Shown here piece by piece: positions 1-9,709 of a DNA stretch of 64,000 nt. Below the pieces are notes generated by a model. The model was not told the DNA's origin and made no database searches. It was given only the letters and a program-made list of their open reading frames with translations. Source of the DNA: Xanthobacteraceae bacterium (GTDB lineage: Bacteria; Pseudomonadota; Alphaproteobacteria; Rhizobiales; Xanthobacteraceae); the NCBI GenBank assembly GCA_036264635.1, contig DATAQN010000250.1, positions 4,730 through 68,729 on the forward strand, written 5' to 3'. The translations under genes were made by a program, and so were the position numbers. Each line of letters starts with the position of its first letter. Position 1 is the stretch's first letter.

Positions 1-297
1 AGGAAAGGCGTCGAGCTCACGATAGGCGTCCAGCAGCTTTGGCCGCAGCGCGCGGTCGACCGACGGGAAGCGGGCAAAGGCGTAGTCGAGCGCCCGCTCG
101 GTCAGCGTCCAGAAATCGACGTAGCGGCCGCTCAAGGTTAACGTCCAGCTATATTCGAGCTGTTTGGTGCGCCACACTTCGGAAAAGCGGTCCGCGTCCG
201 GGCCGGCCGCGGCGCGGTGGCGCGCAATGGCCGCATGCACGTCGAACAGCGTGCCATAAGCGTCGAAAACGAAAGCGCGCGGGGTAACCTCGTTCAT
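1..297 (-). CDS. Haloacid dehalogenase type II (HAD superfamily), N-terminal part only; the rest lies beyond the window start
   Basis: Absent from the ORF track because it is truncated. Manual reverse translation from ATG (297-295) gives MNEVTPRAFVFDAYGTLFDVHAAIARH...WRTKQLEYSWTLTL. DAYGTLFD is HAD motif I as in L-2-haloacid dehalogenases. Confidence 0.7.
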   Translation of the reverse strand, partial: MNEVTPRAFVFDAYGTLFDVHAAIARHRAAAGPDADRFSEVWRTKQLEYSWTLTLSGRYVDFWTLTERALDYAFARFPSVDRALRPKLLDAYRELDAFP

Positions 298-409
298 GGC
301 TTGCTCTCCGCTGCGGTGTTTAAGGTGATAAGACCTTGGTCACCAAGGTCATGTCATAACTAATCATAAGCTTATGAGTGCCGGAGAGCGAACCGGGTAG
401 GAGGATGAT

Positions 410-1321
410 GTGACGCGCGGTTCCGTCGCCAAACCCGAGACGACCCGGTCGAAGGCAACCTGGTCGAAGACCTGGACATTTTTCGAGGACGATTGGCACG
501 AGGGCAATGTGCCGATCATGGGGCCGCGCACGCATGGCGCCTGGCTTTGCACGTCGGTGTTCGACGGTGCGCGCGCCTTCGAGGGCGTTACGCCCGATCT
601 CGATCTGCATATCGCCCGCGTCAACCGATCCGCCAAGGCCATGTGCCTGAAGCCGGTGGTAACGGAAGATACGTGGATGGCGCTGGTGCGCGACGGCATC
701 AAGCGCTTCGAACCTTGCGAGGCGCTCTATATCCGGCCGATGTATTGGGCGGAGGAGGGCGCTCCCGGCGGCGTGCGGCCCGATCCGGAATCGACCAATT
801 GGTGCCTCACCATCTATGCGGCGCCATTTCCCAATCCGGCCGGCACCGCGATCACCTTGTCGCCCTATCGGCGGCCGACGCCGGAAACTGCGGTGCTCGA
901 CGCCAAGGCCGGCTGTCTCTATCCCAACAACGCTCGCGCGCTCATTGAGGCCAAAGCGCTGGGCTTCGACAATTGTCTCATGACTGACATGCTCGGCAAT
1001 GTCGCTGAGCTCGGCACCGCCAATGTGTTCATGGCGAGAGATGGCGTTGTCTTTACGCCGGAGACCAACGGCACATTTCTCGCCGGCATCACGCGGAGCC
1101 GGATCATTGGGCTCTTGCGCCATGCCGGCTGCACTGTGAGCGAAACGACGCTGCGCTATTCCGATTTTCAGAATGCCGATGAAATCTTCTCCACCGGCAA
1201 TTACACCAAAGTGTCACCGATCACCCGCATCGACGACCGCATGCTGCAGCCCGGGCCGTTCTACCGCAAGGCGCGCGACCTCTACTGGGAGTTTGCACAC
1301 GCGACGAAAGTGGCCGCCTGA
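410..1321 (+). CDS. ilvE: Branched-chain amino acid aminotransferase (class IV PLP aminotransferase)
   Basis: 303-aa ORF. GTG at 410 lies 5 nt after TAGGAGG. The segments YIRPMYW, GTANVFMARDGVVFTP and GITRSRIIGLL are typical of class IV aminotransferases. Confidence 0.85.
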   Translation: MTRGSVAKPETTRSKATWSKTWTFFEDDWHEGNVPIMGPRTHGAWLCTSVFDGARAFEGVTPDLDLHIARVNRSAKAMCLKPVVTEDTWMALVRDGIKRFEPCEALYIRPMYWAEEGAPGGVRPDPESTNWCLTIYAAPFPNPAGTAITLSPYRRPTPETAVLDAKAGCLYPNNARALIEAKALGFDNCLMTDMLGNVAELGTANVFMARDGVVFTPETNGTFLAGITRSRIIGLLRHAGCTVSETTLRYSDFQNADEIFSTGNYTKVSPITRIDDRMLQPGPFYRKARDLYWEFAHATKVAA

Positions 1322-1545
1322 TCGGCGCCAACTCGGTGGGAAAGTTCGGTCGGAAAGGTCGACCGGAATTTCGTTCGGTGTGACAGTCACGTAACGCGAG
1401 CGGTTCCGCATCTGTGACAGCTCTGTGCAGCCGGCGACCGGGCGGCCCGCGGCAAGATGGACAACAATTTAACTCAGGCCCCCCTCGCCGCAACAAACGC
1501 GCTTGCCTACATGCACGGCGCACACATCCCCCGAGGGAGAGACCC

Positions 1546-2382
1546 ATGACCCCCCAGGAACAGCAATTGGTGGCCGAGCTTTTCGACCGCTTGAGCAACC
1601 TAGAGACTGCGACGCGCGATCCTGACGCAGCGCGCCTGATCGCTGAAGGCGCGCAACGGGCGCCACATGCACTCTATGCGCTGGTGCAGACCGTCTTGGT
1701 CCAAGACGAGGCGCTCAAGCGTGCCAGTGCGCGAATCCAGGATCTGCAGCAGGAGTTGGAAGCACAGGGCGGCGCCGAGCAGCCGCAACAGCAGCAGGGA
1801 AGCTTCCTTGGCAGCATGCGCGACGCTGTCTTCGGCCATGGCGCCGCACGCGGCTCGGTGCCGAGCATGCAGCCGCCGGCAAATGCCGGCGCTGCGGGAT
1901 CAGCGTACCAGTCGCAAGGATATGCCCCACCGCGAGCTGCGCCTACATTTCCGGCGCAGCCAGCTTATCCCACGCAGCCCAGTTATCCCCCAGGAGCCGG
2001 ATTTGCACCGGCAGGCGGCTCGTTCCTGGGCACGGCGGCTTCCGTTGCTGCCGGCGCCATTGGCGGCGGCCTGTTGCTGGATGGCGTCCGCTCGATGTTC
2101 GGCCATCGTGCCGGAGTGGCTGGAAGCGACCCTTTTGCATTCGCCGTTCCCCGCGATGATGTTTTGCCGCGGCGCGGCGATGCTGCCGACAGCGATCTCG
2201 CCCGCCAAGCCGGGATTGATGACATCGGGCCAAAGGATACGGGACCAAGGGATACGGTCGTGAACCAGGCCGACGACTCGAACCTGACGGACGCGTCTGA
2301 TGACCAGTTCGTGGCTGACGATAACGACGATGATTTCGACACGGCCGACAGCGGAAGCGGCGACGACAGCTACGATGTCTAA
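1546..2382 (+). CDS. DUF2076-like protein (coiled N-terminus, Gly/Pro/Gln-rich middle, acidic tail)
   Basis: ATG 1546 is preceded by GAGGGAGAG. The N-terminus MTPQEQQLVAELFDRL...HALYALVQTVLVQDEAL matches my memory of DUF2076 proteins. The longer track ORF (from 1414) has no RBS. Confidence 0.7.
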   Translation: MTPQEQQLVAELFDRLSNLETATRDPDAARLIAEGAQRAPHALYALVQTVLVQDEALKRASARIQDLQQELEAQGGAEQPQQQQGSFLGSMRDAVFGHGAARGSVPSMQPPANAGAAGSAYQSQGYAPPRAAPTFPAQPAYPTQPSYPPGAGFAPAGGSFLGTAASVAAGAIGGGLLLDGVRSMFGHRAGVAGSDPFAFAVPRDDVLPRRGDAADSDLARQAGIDDIGPKDTGPRDTVVNQADDSNLTDASDDQFVADDNDDDFDTADSGSGDDSYDV

Positions 2383-2430
2383 TAGTCGATCCGACGACGA
2401 AAACTTCGCGTTTCCTGGGGGCAGCGCGGC

Positions 2431-2733
2431 ATGGTCTGCCTGATAAATGTTTTCACGGTAGATCCGGCCAACCAGCACCGACTTCTCGAGTTGCTAACGC
2501 GTGCGACCGATGAATTCGTCAGCCAGGCGTCCGGGTTTGTCTCCTCGACCCTTCATCGCAGCCTCGACGGGACGAAAGTGACGATGTATGCGCAGTGGCG
2601 TAGTGCGGAGGACTATGAGTCCATGCGCCGGGATCCAGGACCACGGCCCTTTCTCGAAGAGGCGCTGACGATCGCGAAATTTGAGCCTGGCATGTATGAG
2701 ATTGTGCGCACGTTCGCGCCCAAAGCGGGGTAG
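2431..2733 (+). CDS. Antibiotic biosynthesis monooxygenase (ABM) family small protein
   Basis: 100-aa ORF. The pattern NVFTVDP...FVSSTLHRSLDGTKVTMYAQWRSAEDYESM is the typical ABM/dimeric alpha-beta barrel signature. Confidence 0.8.
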   Translation: MVCLINVFTVDPANQHRLLELLTRATDEFVSQASGFVSSTLHRSLDGTKVTMYAQWRSAEDYESMRRDPGPRPFLEEALTIAKFEPGMYEIVRTFAPKAG

Positions 2734-2825
2734 GGGGTCACCCTCGCGCGAATCTTGGTCTTGGCATACGTGAGGCGGCCGACGCTGCCGCCTTCTTGCG
2801 GCTGCCATTCCGTTTTGCGAACCTT

Positions 2826-4505
2826 CTAGTAATTGGTTTTGTCGATGCCTGGCACCGTCAGCAGCGACGTCACCGTGCGCCCGCGCAGGTCATAGACGCG
2901 GGCATACGTTACGCCGTCGCGGGCGACGTCGAACAGGACCGGCGCATCGAGCTTGGCGCAGTAGAATTCGCCGAGCACCATGGCGAAGTCGGCATCCTTC
3001 GGATCCCAGACAATGTTGTATTGCCCGCCGCCGAGCGCGACTGAAACCGGCGGATGCGGACCGCAGACCGCGACGGTCCATACCTTGTTGCGGTCGGCGG
3101 TACGATCTGAGCGGACATAGGCGGCGAGCTTCTGCGCGGCCTGTTTGAACGACAGGCCCCAATAATCGAGCATGAAGTCCTTGCGCGCCCCAGCGACCCC
3201 GCCAGCGAGATGATTGTAGTCGGTGTATTCGTAAGGATGCACCCGCACCATATCGACGACGGGCGAGGCAAGGCCGGCAATCAGTGCGAGGCCGCCGGCG
3301 ACGATGGCAGCTTTCCCGTAAGCCTGAAGCCGCTCCGCGATCCATGCCGCCGCCACGCCGCCGAGCACGGCAAACGGGGGCAGCACAAAGACGATGTGGC
3401 GGATGCCGTTGTAAACGACCGGCCGCGTCGCCACCGCAATCAGGATCGGCAACGTTGCGGCGAGCACGACTGAGAAAAACGCCGCCCGGCGCCCGGCGCC
3501 CGCGCCGCTGTTGTCATTGTTCCTCGCTACGAAAAGCAGGACGCCGACAAGGCCGCAGAGCCCAAGCAGCAACATCAGTTCGGGCACCTGGGCCGCAAAC
3601 AAAGTCGGCACATAGCTGCGCGGCATGTCGTCGACGGGAATGAGCTGGCCGTCGAACAGTTCGCGCCAGGGCTTTTCGAAGACAGTCGAGAAATATTCGA
3701 CGGCGCGGAACGGATTGAGCGGCGAGACGACACTCCACGGCCACACCAAGCCCATGAGCAGATAGGCGAAGATCGCCGCCGGAATGAACGGCAGCAGAAA
3801 CGCGCCGCATTCGGCAAGCGCGGGCTTCAATCCCGATGCCCGCGCGCGAATGGCGATGATCAGCGGCAGCGGAAACATCGCTTCCATCAACGCGAAGCCG
3901 CCGAGCACGCGCGCACCAATTGAGAGCCCGAAGCCAATGCCGCAGAGCGCAAGCGTTGCGGCCGTGGGGCGCGGATATTCTTCGAAGGCGCGCACCAGGC
4001 CGAGCAGGGCAACTGCCATCACGGCGGCGAATGGCCCGTCCTTGGCATTAATGAACATGTGGCCGTAATAAAGCGGGCAGGTCGCGACGAGCAGAAGCGC
4101 AATCAGCCCGGCAAACGGCCCGCCAAGCCTGCGCCCCAAACGCCAGGTTGCGAACAGGCCGATGATGCCGATAATCGCGCCGATGAGACGTCGCGTCTCG
4201 AACAGGCCGAACGGTAGTACTTTCGCGGCGAGCGTCGCGATCATGTCGAAGCCGCCGCCATACATGTAGAGATTGACGAAGGACAGTGCCCGCTGATCGG
4301 TGAAGCCTGATTTGTACAGATCGATGAGAAGCGCCCCGTATTGCGAATGCGTGTAGTCGTCCCAGCCGAGGCCGTAGTCGCGAAACGTGGCGAAGGCTAT
4401 TCCGGCGGTCACCGCCAGCACGCCCAGCGCAAGCGCGTCCAGCACCCGCGCGGCGGATATCGCCTCGGACGGCAGGGCCAGAGATTTCGCGGCAGCGTGT
4501 TGCAC
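2826..4505 (-). CDS. Glycosyltransferase family 39 (ArnT/PMT-like) polytopic membrane protein
   Basis: 559-aa ORF with a GTG start and many hydrophobic helices. The N-terminal loop DYGLGWDDYTHSQYG and overall size fit dolichyl/undecaprenyl-phosphate-sugar dependent GT-C enzymes. Confidence 0.8.
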   Translation of the reverse strand: MQHAAAKSLALPSEAISAARVLDALALGVLAVTAGIAFATFRDYGLGWDDYTHSQYGALLIDLYKSGFTDQRALSFVNLYMYGGGFDMIATLAAKVLPFGLFETRRLIGAIIGIIGLFATWRLGRRLGGPFAGLIALLLVATCPLYYGHMFINAKDGPFAAVMAVALLGLVRAFEEYPRPTAATLALCGIGFGLSIGARVLGGFALMEAMFPLPLIIAIRARASGLKPALAECGAFLLPFIPAAIFAYLLMGLVWPWSVVSPLNPFRAVEYFSTVFEKPWRELFDGQLIPVDDMPRSYVPTLFAAQVPELMLLLGLCGLVGVLLFVARNNDNSGAGAGRRAAFFSVVLAATLPILIAVATRPVVYNGIRHIVFVLPPFAVLGGVAAAWIAERLQAYGKAAIVAGGLALIAGLASPVVDMVRVHPYEYTDYNHLAGGVAGARKDFMLDYWGLSFKQAAQKLAAYVRSDRTADRNKVWTVAVCGPHPPVSVALGGGQYNIVWDPKDADFAMVLGEFYCAKLDAPVLFDVARDGVTYARVYDLRGRTVTSLLTVPGIDKTNY

Positions 4506-4699
4506 AAAAAACCCGGTCTAGACGCAATCGAAGTGGCGAGCGCCAATCACTTTGTTCGGTTCCAAGAAAGTTACGCGCCACAACGAACTAATGCGGCCCA
4601 AATGCACATCGCACAATGCGTCAAATGAGCAGAGCGCAAAGCGCATGTGATGTGGCGCTTTTTTGCGACGTCGCCGTTCTTAAAGGCGCACCGTTCTAG

Positions 4700-4727
4700 G
4701 AAAAAAGCGGGGCGAATCGCCCCGCTT
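4700..4727 (-). terminator. Rho-independent terminator downstream of sodB
   Basis: Minus strand reads AGCGGGGCG-ATT-CGCCCCGCT followed by TTTTTT, a 9-bp GC stem. It lies 60 nt after the sodB stop. Confidence 0.7.
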
Positions 4728-4785
4728 TCAAGTGACTGATCGTCAATGTTGCAGCGCGGCAAAATGTGCCCGCGCTGCGCCGGCG

Positions 4786-5388
4786 TTACTTGATCGCTGC
4801 TTCGTACATTTCGGCCACGTGATCCCAGTTGACCAGGTGATCGAGGAACGCTTTCAAATAATCCGGCCGCCGGTTCCGATAATCGATGTAGTAGGAATGT
4901 TCCCAGACATCACAGCCGAGAATGGGCTTGGCGCCGTGCACAAGCGGGTTCTCGCCGTTTGGTGTCTTCATGATGGTGAGCTTGCCGTCCTTGACTGCGA
5001 GCCAGGCCCAGCCTGAACCAAACTGAGTGATGCCGGCCTGGGTGAAGTCTTCCTTGAACTTCGCCAGCGGGCCAATGTCAGCGGTGATCTGCTTTTCGAG
5101 CTTGCCGGGAAGCTTGTCGCCGCCGCCGCCCTTTTTCATCCATTGCCAGAAATGGATGTGATTGTAGTGCTGCGCCGCGTTGTTGAAGAGGCCCGGCACT
5201 TTGCCGAAGGTCCCGACCACGACTTCCTCGACCGACTTGTTTTCCCATTCGGTGCCTTTGGCGAGGTTGTTGCCGGCGGTCACATAGGCCTGATGATGTT
5301 TATCGTGATGGAATTCGAGGGTCTCGCGCGACATGTTCGGGGCGAGGGCGTCATAGGGATAGGGAAGCTCGGGCAGAGTGAATGCCAT
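4786..5388 (-). CDS. sodB: Fe/Mn superoxide dismutase
   Basis: MAFTLPELPYPYDAL..., HHDKHH and DVWEHSYYIDY are SOD signatures. ATG 5388 is preceded by GAGGAG. Confidence 0.95.
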   Translation of the reverse strand: MAFTLPELPYPYDALAPNMSRETLEFHHDKHHQAYVTAGNNLAKGTEWENKSVEEVVVGTFGKVPGLFNNAAQHYNHIHFWQWMKKGGGGDKLPGKLEKQITADIGPLAKFKEDFTQAGITQFGSGWAWLAVKDGKLTIMKTPNGENPLVHGAKPILGCDVWEHSYYIDYRNRRPDYLKAFLDHLVNWDHVAEMYEAAIK

Positions 5389-5643
5389 TGGTCTACTCCT
5401 CAATGTGAAACCTTGAGACGGCGGGGATGCCGATGAAACCGCGTGGGAAAGAGAATGGTTCCTCTAGATAGCGCCATTAGATAGGGCCAAGGCAGGGGGT
5501 TCGGCAACGGCGCAGCGTTAACGAGATTGCCAGATTCATGCGCCGAGCGGGTTAAAAACGGATAATAGTCCTTGCGTGGCCTATGAAGCGTCGCCACAAT
5601 TCATTCAAACAGCGATCTCCGCGTTGCGGGTCATCGCCGGTAT

Positions 5644-6774
5644 ATGACTATGTACCTGTTTTTGTTGGCTTTTGGTGCGTTTTTGAGTGTGGCCGGCGTC
5701 GTCCTCGCCGCATCCGGCCTGTCTGTTTACGATCATACATTCGATACCAGTCTGGTGACGCCGGGCATTGTCGGCGTCGTCGGTGGGCTGCTTCTTATTG
5801 GCCTTGGCTTCGCGTTGCGGGTGCTCCAGCGGATCGAGCATGCGCTGGAGACGCGTCCGGTCATGCCGCGCGTGGTGCGCGCGGGCGCAACGCCGGAACC
5901 TGTCGCGGCGGGCACAACGCCGTCGGAATTGCCAAGCGAACAGGGGCGAATTCCTTTCCCCGTAAAGATCACGCGGCCGCCGCAACCCGCAGCGGTCCAG
6001 GTGCCGGCGCCGCTTCCCGAAAAGCGCGCTGAAGAGTTGCCGCAGAAATTTCCAAGTATAGCGCGTGCCGCATCCGCGGCCGCCGCAGCGACGCCTGAGC
6101 TACCGCCCCGGCAGCCGCTACACGCGGCCGACGACTACGCCGAGGACACCGCAGGCGACGAAAACAGCGGGTCGTTCTTTCCTCGCTCCTTCAAAGGCCG
6201 AAACGGCGCTGCGCCAGCGGCCAAGGTCTCGCCACGGCTCGATGCCAGTGCCCGTGCGCCACTGACCTCGCAGCGGCCGGCGGGGCCTGCCTTTGACGCC
6301 TTGTGGCCGAAAGGGCCCCGGCGTGGCGCTGCCCAAGCGAGGCCGGCGCCGGCGCCGGAAATGCCCGCTGTCGCGGCCGAGCCCGTCGCTCAGCAGCCGT
6401 CTGCTCAGGAGCGAGTTATTCAAGAGCGAGTTGCGCCGGAGCGAGTAGCTCAACAGCAGCGGCCCCAAGAACCGGTTGCCCAAGAATCGATTACCCGAGA
6501 ATCGATTACCCAAGAATCGATTGCTCGAGAACCGGTCGTTCAAGAGCCGGATGTCCAACAGCAACCGGTCGCGACATCGCCCGCCGTTGCGCCGGATGTA
6601 ACACCCGAGGACGCGCCGGTGCCGGTCTCTATCCTCAAATCGGGGATCGTCGACGGTATGGCCTATACGCTGTATTCTGACGGCTCCATCGAGGCGCAAC
6701 TGCCGCAAGGCAGGCTCCGCTTCGGTTCGATCAGCGAACTGCGCGCCCATATCGAGCAAGACACGCAAAGCTGA
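5644..6774 (+). CDS. Membrane-anchored Pro/Ala/Gln-rich protein of unknown function
   Basis: 376-aa ORF with two N-terminal hydrophobic helices and a long low-complexity Pro-rich region containing pentapeptide repeats. The C-terminal ~50 aa are compact (SILKSGIVDGMAYTLYSDGSIEAQLPQGRLRFGSISELRAHIEQ). Confidence 0.7.
   Translation: MTMYLFLLAFGAFLSVAGVVLAASGLSVYDHTFDTSLVTPGIVGVVGGLLLIGLGFALRVLQRIEHALETRPVMPRVVRAGATPEPVAAGTTPSELPSEQGRIPFPVKITRPPQPAAVQVPAPLPEKRAEELPQKFPSIARAASAAAAATPELPPRQPLHAADDYAEDTAGDENSGSFFPRSFKGRNGAAPAAKVSPRLDASARAPLTSQRPAGPAFDALWPKGPRRGAAQARPAPAPEMPAVAAEPVAQQPSAQERVIQERVAPERVAQQQRPQEPVAQESITRESITQESIAREPVVQEPDVQQQPVATSPAVAPDVTPEDAPVPVSILKSGIVDGMAYTLYSDGSIEAQLPQGRLRFGSISELRAHIEQDTQS
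6406..6570 (+). repeat. Eleven in-frame imperfect 15-bp tandem repeats (pentapeptide QE[RPS][VI]x)
   Basis: Reads QERVI QERVA PERVA QQQRP QEPVA QESIT RESIT QESIA REPVV QEPDV QQQPV. The core DNA unit is caagaatcgattacc. Confidence 0.9.
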
Positions 6775-7084
6775 TCGCGCCCAATCGTCCCGATTGGAGC
6801 ACCGGCTGCGGTCATCGCCCGATACTCAATAATACAGTGTGATTATTTGCCAAGCGCGCGCTGTGACAGCGTTTTATTGCCTTCATTCGAACAACGTAAT
6901 ATACGTTAAGTGTACGTGGATAATTCCACTTTGAGTCGCCTGAACTGTAGCGTGCCAATGCTTGTTTATTGCATGACGTAAGCCAATTGGAGGTTACGTA
7001 GTTGGACGACATGCGTCGCGTTCCACGGAACGCGATCCCGGGAATGGAAATGCCTGCGCAACGCCATTCGAGAGATCAAACACT

Positions 7085-7507
7085 ATGGCCGAGAATTCAG
7101 GGGACAGCGTTTATATCGAACTCACCGCCGATATCGTGTCCGCTTACGTCAGCAATAATTCGGTGCCGAGTGCCGAAATCGGAAATCTGATTGGCCAGGT
7201 CTTTTCGGCATTGAAGCGCGTCTCTGGCGGCCAGGTAGCCACTCCGGCCGAACCACCGAAGCCTGCGGTGCCGATCAAACGCTCCGTCACTGATGAATAT
7301 ATCATCTGTCTGGAAGACGGGCTGAAGTTCAAATCGCTCAAGCGTCATCTGCGCACGCGCTACAACATGACGCCGGATCAATATCGCGAGAAGTGGGGGC
7401 TGCCGCCCGACTATTCGATGGTGGCGCCAAAATACGCCGAAGCCCGCTCGCAGCTCGCCAAACAGATGGGGCTCGGCCAGCAGCGCCGGCGCCGTCAGCG
7501 CGGCTGA
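7085..7507 (+). CDS. mucR: MucR/Ros family zinc-finger transcriptional regulator
   Basis: 140 aa. [14 protein letters not shown]... and [45 protein letters not shown] form the canonical Ros/MucR core. Confidence 0.9.
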   Translation: MAENSGDSVYIELTADIVSAYVSNNSVPSAEIGNLIGQVFSALKRVSGGQVATPAEPPKPAVPIKRSVTDEYIICLEDGLKFKSLKRHLRTRYNMTPDQYREKWGLPPDYSMVAPKYAEARSQLAKQMGLGQQRRRRQRG

Positions 7508-7531
7508 AGGTTTGGCGAATTCCCGTCCAGA

Positions 7532-9709
7532 CTAGCGGTGCAGCACGCCGACCGCGCGGTTGGCGAAAGTGAGCCGCTCCGACATTACCGCGACGATATA
7601 GCCGAGAAGCGCCTGGCCGAGTGCCGGCTCGTCCTTCTTGATGCGCGCATAGGCCTCGGCGGTGAGCTCGAACAAGACGCTTTCGGCTTCGGCAATAATG
7701 GTCGCGCTGCGCCGGCGGCCGGTGATCAGACCCATTTCGCCGATGGTGGTATGGCGGCCGAGGCTGCGCACGCGCATGGTGCGGCCGTCGCCGACGTCGA
7801 CGACGATGCCGATGCGGCCTTCGAGAATGAAATGCATCGAGCTCGCAGCGTCGCCCTCGCGCGCGATGACGTCGTCCTCATGCACTTCCAGCCGGCGGCA
7901 ATGCTCGGTGAGGCGATCGGCAAGCTGCGCGTCGCCCAGCGCTTCGGTGAGCCAGGTCCGCAGCGAGCCGGCATCGTCGCCGCCGGATCGATGCGCTTCG
8001 ATGATCTGCTGCTCGCAGGATTCCAGCGCCCGGTCGAGATCGGGAGCGATGATGATATCGTGGGAAATGAAATGCGCGGTGCGGAAGGCGCGCTGCAGTT
8101 CCGACGTCAGATTGACCAGGACGATCTGCGCATTATAGGCGGCCGCCGCCTCTTTGATCTGAGCAAAGCTGTGGGTCGCAGAGGAGTCGATGCCGGTCAC
8201 CAGGCGAAAATCGAAGATCAGAAAGCGGCAACTGGCCTGGTTCATCAACAGCGTCTTGACGTGCTGATAGAGGCGGTTGGCGGAGCCGAAGAACAGGTAG
8301 CTTTGCAGCGCCATGCCCTGGAGCTCGCCGCCATGGTCGGCCAGGAGCGACAACTCATACGGGCCGCGATCGAGCGAGGAGCGGAACTCCAGGCCGTCGA
8401 AGCTGAACTTGATTGCGCTGACCCGGCTGGCACTCAGGGCGAAAGTGGCGCAGCCGATCACGACCCCGATCAGCACGCCGGCGATGAAGCCGAAATAGAT
8501 GATCAGCACGGCGATGGCGAGCAGCGATAGATATTCGAGCGGCAATAGCCGCCGCGAGGACCGTACGAGCCACTGATAGACGAGTTCGGCGCCGAGATAG
8601 AACAGCAAGCCGCCAAGCATGAAGCGAGGTACATAGCCGAGGAATGAAGGATCGGCGATCAGCACCATCGCCGAAATGGCAGCGACCGTGAGCCCGCTGA
8701 CGCGGCTTGTGGAACCGACGGTGCGCACCAGGATCGAACGGCTCAGTGACGTGCTGCTGACATAGCCGCCGAGCACCCCTGCCGCCAAATTGGCGAAACC
8801 GAGAACCTTGAGATCGCGCTCGATATTGGCCTCGGACCGGGTAGCGATCTCGATGCCAGTCGTATTGAGCAAAAGGGTCGCGATGGTGACGAACATGACG
8901 GCTAACACGTCGCCCGCCAGCGATGGGAGCGACGACCACGGAAAGTCCCGCAGTGGCGTCGCTTTCCATGGCAGACTCAATCCCGCAGCCGGCTGAAGGT
9001 GAAACATCCAGCCTTGCGCTTGTGCATCGGCGAGCGTGGTTCCCGTCCACAGCCTTGCCGCATGGGCGGCGACGAGTGCGGCGACAAGCACGCCGGGCAG
9101 CATGAACGGGTTTTTAGAGCGGCGCATCAGCACGGAAAGCATGGCCGCAACAACAACGGCGGGCGCGATCCGCGCAGCGATCGTTGCATCGAAAAAAGCG
9201 CCAAGATTGCCGAGTGCCAGCTGCTGATTGGTGACGATCTGAACGGCGCCGGTGACCATCAGCCAGCCGGTGGCGCCGAGAAATCCGCCGATCACGGGAT
9301 AAGGCACGAAACGGATCGCGCGTCCGGCATGGGTGAAGCCGAGCACGCAAAGTAGAAGCCCTGTAAGCGTAGTCGCGAGCGACATCGCGATCAGAACCGG
9401 ACCCAGCAAGTCTGTCGTGCCGAACGCCGTGAGCCGTTGCACGACGGTCGCGACCAAAGCGGCAATGACCACGGAGATCGAGCTGTCTGGGCCAGCTACG
9501 GCAAACGGCAGCGAACTGCGCATCGCGACGATCGCACCGGCAACCGCCGCTGACAGGAACGTGACTGCCACGCCGTACGACAAATAGTGTTCAAGCGGGC
9601 CTGTGAAGATGAGCGCCGCATAAGAGAGGCAATAAGCAATCGACAAGACGCTGCACACGGCGCCCGCGAATATGTCGATCAGCCCTACGCGAAAATGAGA
9701 AGTGCTCAA
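7532..9709 (-). CDS. SulP family anion transporter fused to STAS and a C-terminal cyclic-nucleotide-binding domain
   Basis: 725 aa with a TTG start and a polytopic N-terminal half. A STAS-like region (RFLIFDFRLVTGIDSSA) is followed by a cNMP-binding module (MHFILEGRIGIVV...LGRHTTIGEMGLITGRRRSATIIA). Confidence 0.9.
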   Translation of the reverse strand: MSTSHFRVGLIDIFAGAVCSVLSIAYCLSYAALIFTGPLEHYLSYGVAVTFLSAAVAGAIVAMRSSLPFAVAGPDSSISVVIAALVATVVQRLTAFGTTDLLGPVLIAMSLATTLTGLLLCVLGFTHAGRAIRFVPYPVIGGFLGATGWLMVTGAVQIVTNQQLALGNLGAFFDATIAARIAPAVVVAAMLSVLMRRSKNPFMLPGVLVAALVAAHAARLWTGTTLADAQAQGWMFHLQPAAGLSLPWKATPLRDFPWSSLPSLAGDVLAVMFVTIATLLLNTTGIEIATRSEANIERDLKVLGFANLAAGVLGGYVSSTSLSRSILVRTVGSTSRVSGLTVAAISAMVLIADPSFLGYVPRFMLGGLLFYLGAELVYQWLVRSSRRLLPLEYLSLLAIAVLIIYFGFIAGVLIGVVIGCATFALSASRVSAIKFSFDGLEFRSSLDRGPYELSLLADHGGELQGMALQSYLFFGSANRLYQHVKTLLMNQASCRFLIFDFRLVTGIDSSATHSFAQIKEAAAAYNAQIVLVNLTSELQRAFRTAHFISHDIIIAPDLDRALESCEQQIIEAHRSGGDDAGSLRTWLTEALGDAQLADRLTEHCRRLEVHEDDVIAREGDAASSMHFILEGRIGIVVDVGDGRTMRVRSLGRHTTIGEMGLITGRRRSATIIAEAESVLFELTAEAYARIKKDEPALGQALLGYIVAVMSERLTFANRAVGVLHR

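Noticed and set aside
39-287. 82-aa plus-strand ORF at the window start
   Set aside because: It is antisense to the clearly recognisable HAD dehalogenase N-terminus, and its Arg-rich composition is typical of a shadow frame.
4636-4672. Plus-strand hairpin-plus-T-run (agcgc...gcgcttttttg) between the GT39 and sodB genes, possibly an sRNA terminator
   Set aside because: The stem is only about 5 bp with a long loop, and no upstream plus-strand transcription unit or promoter could be identified. This is too weak to call.
6406-6570. Considered whether the tandem arrays here and at 13474, 46840, 52653 and 52786 could be CRISPR arrays
   Set aside because: The units are 12-20 bp and directly abutting with no spacers. 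They lie in frame inside genes or at gene ends, and there are no cas genes. They are not CRISPR.
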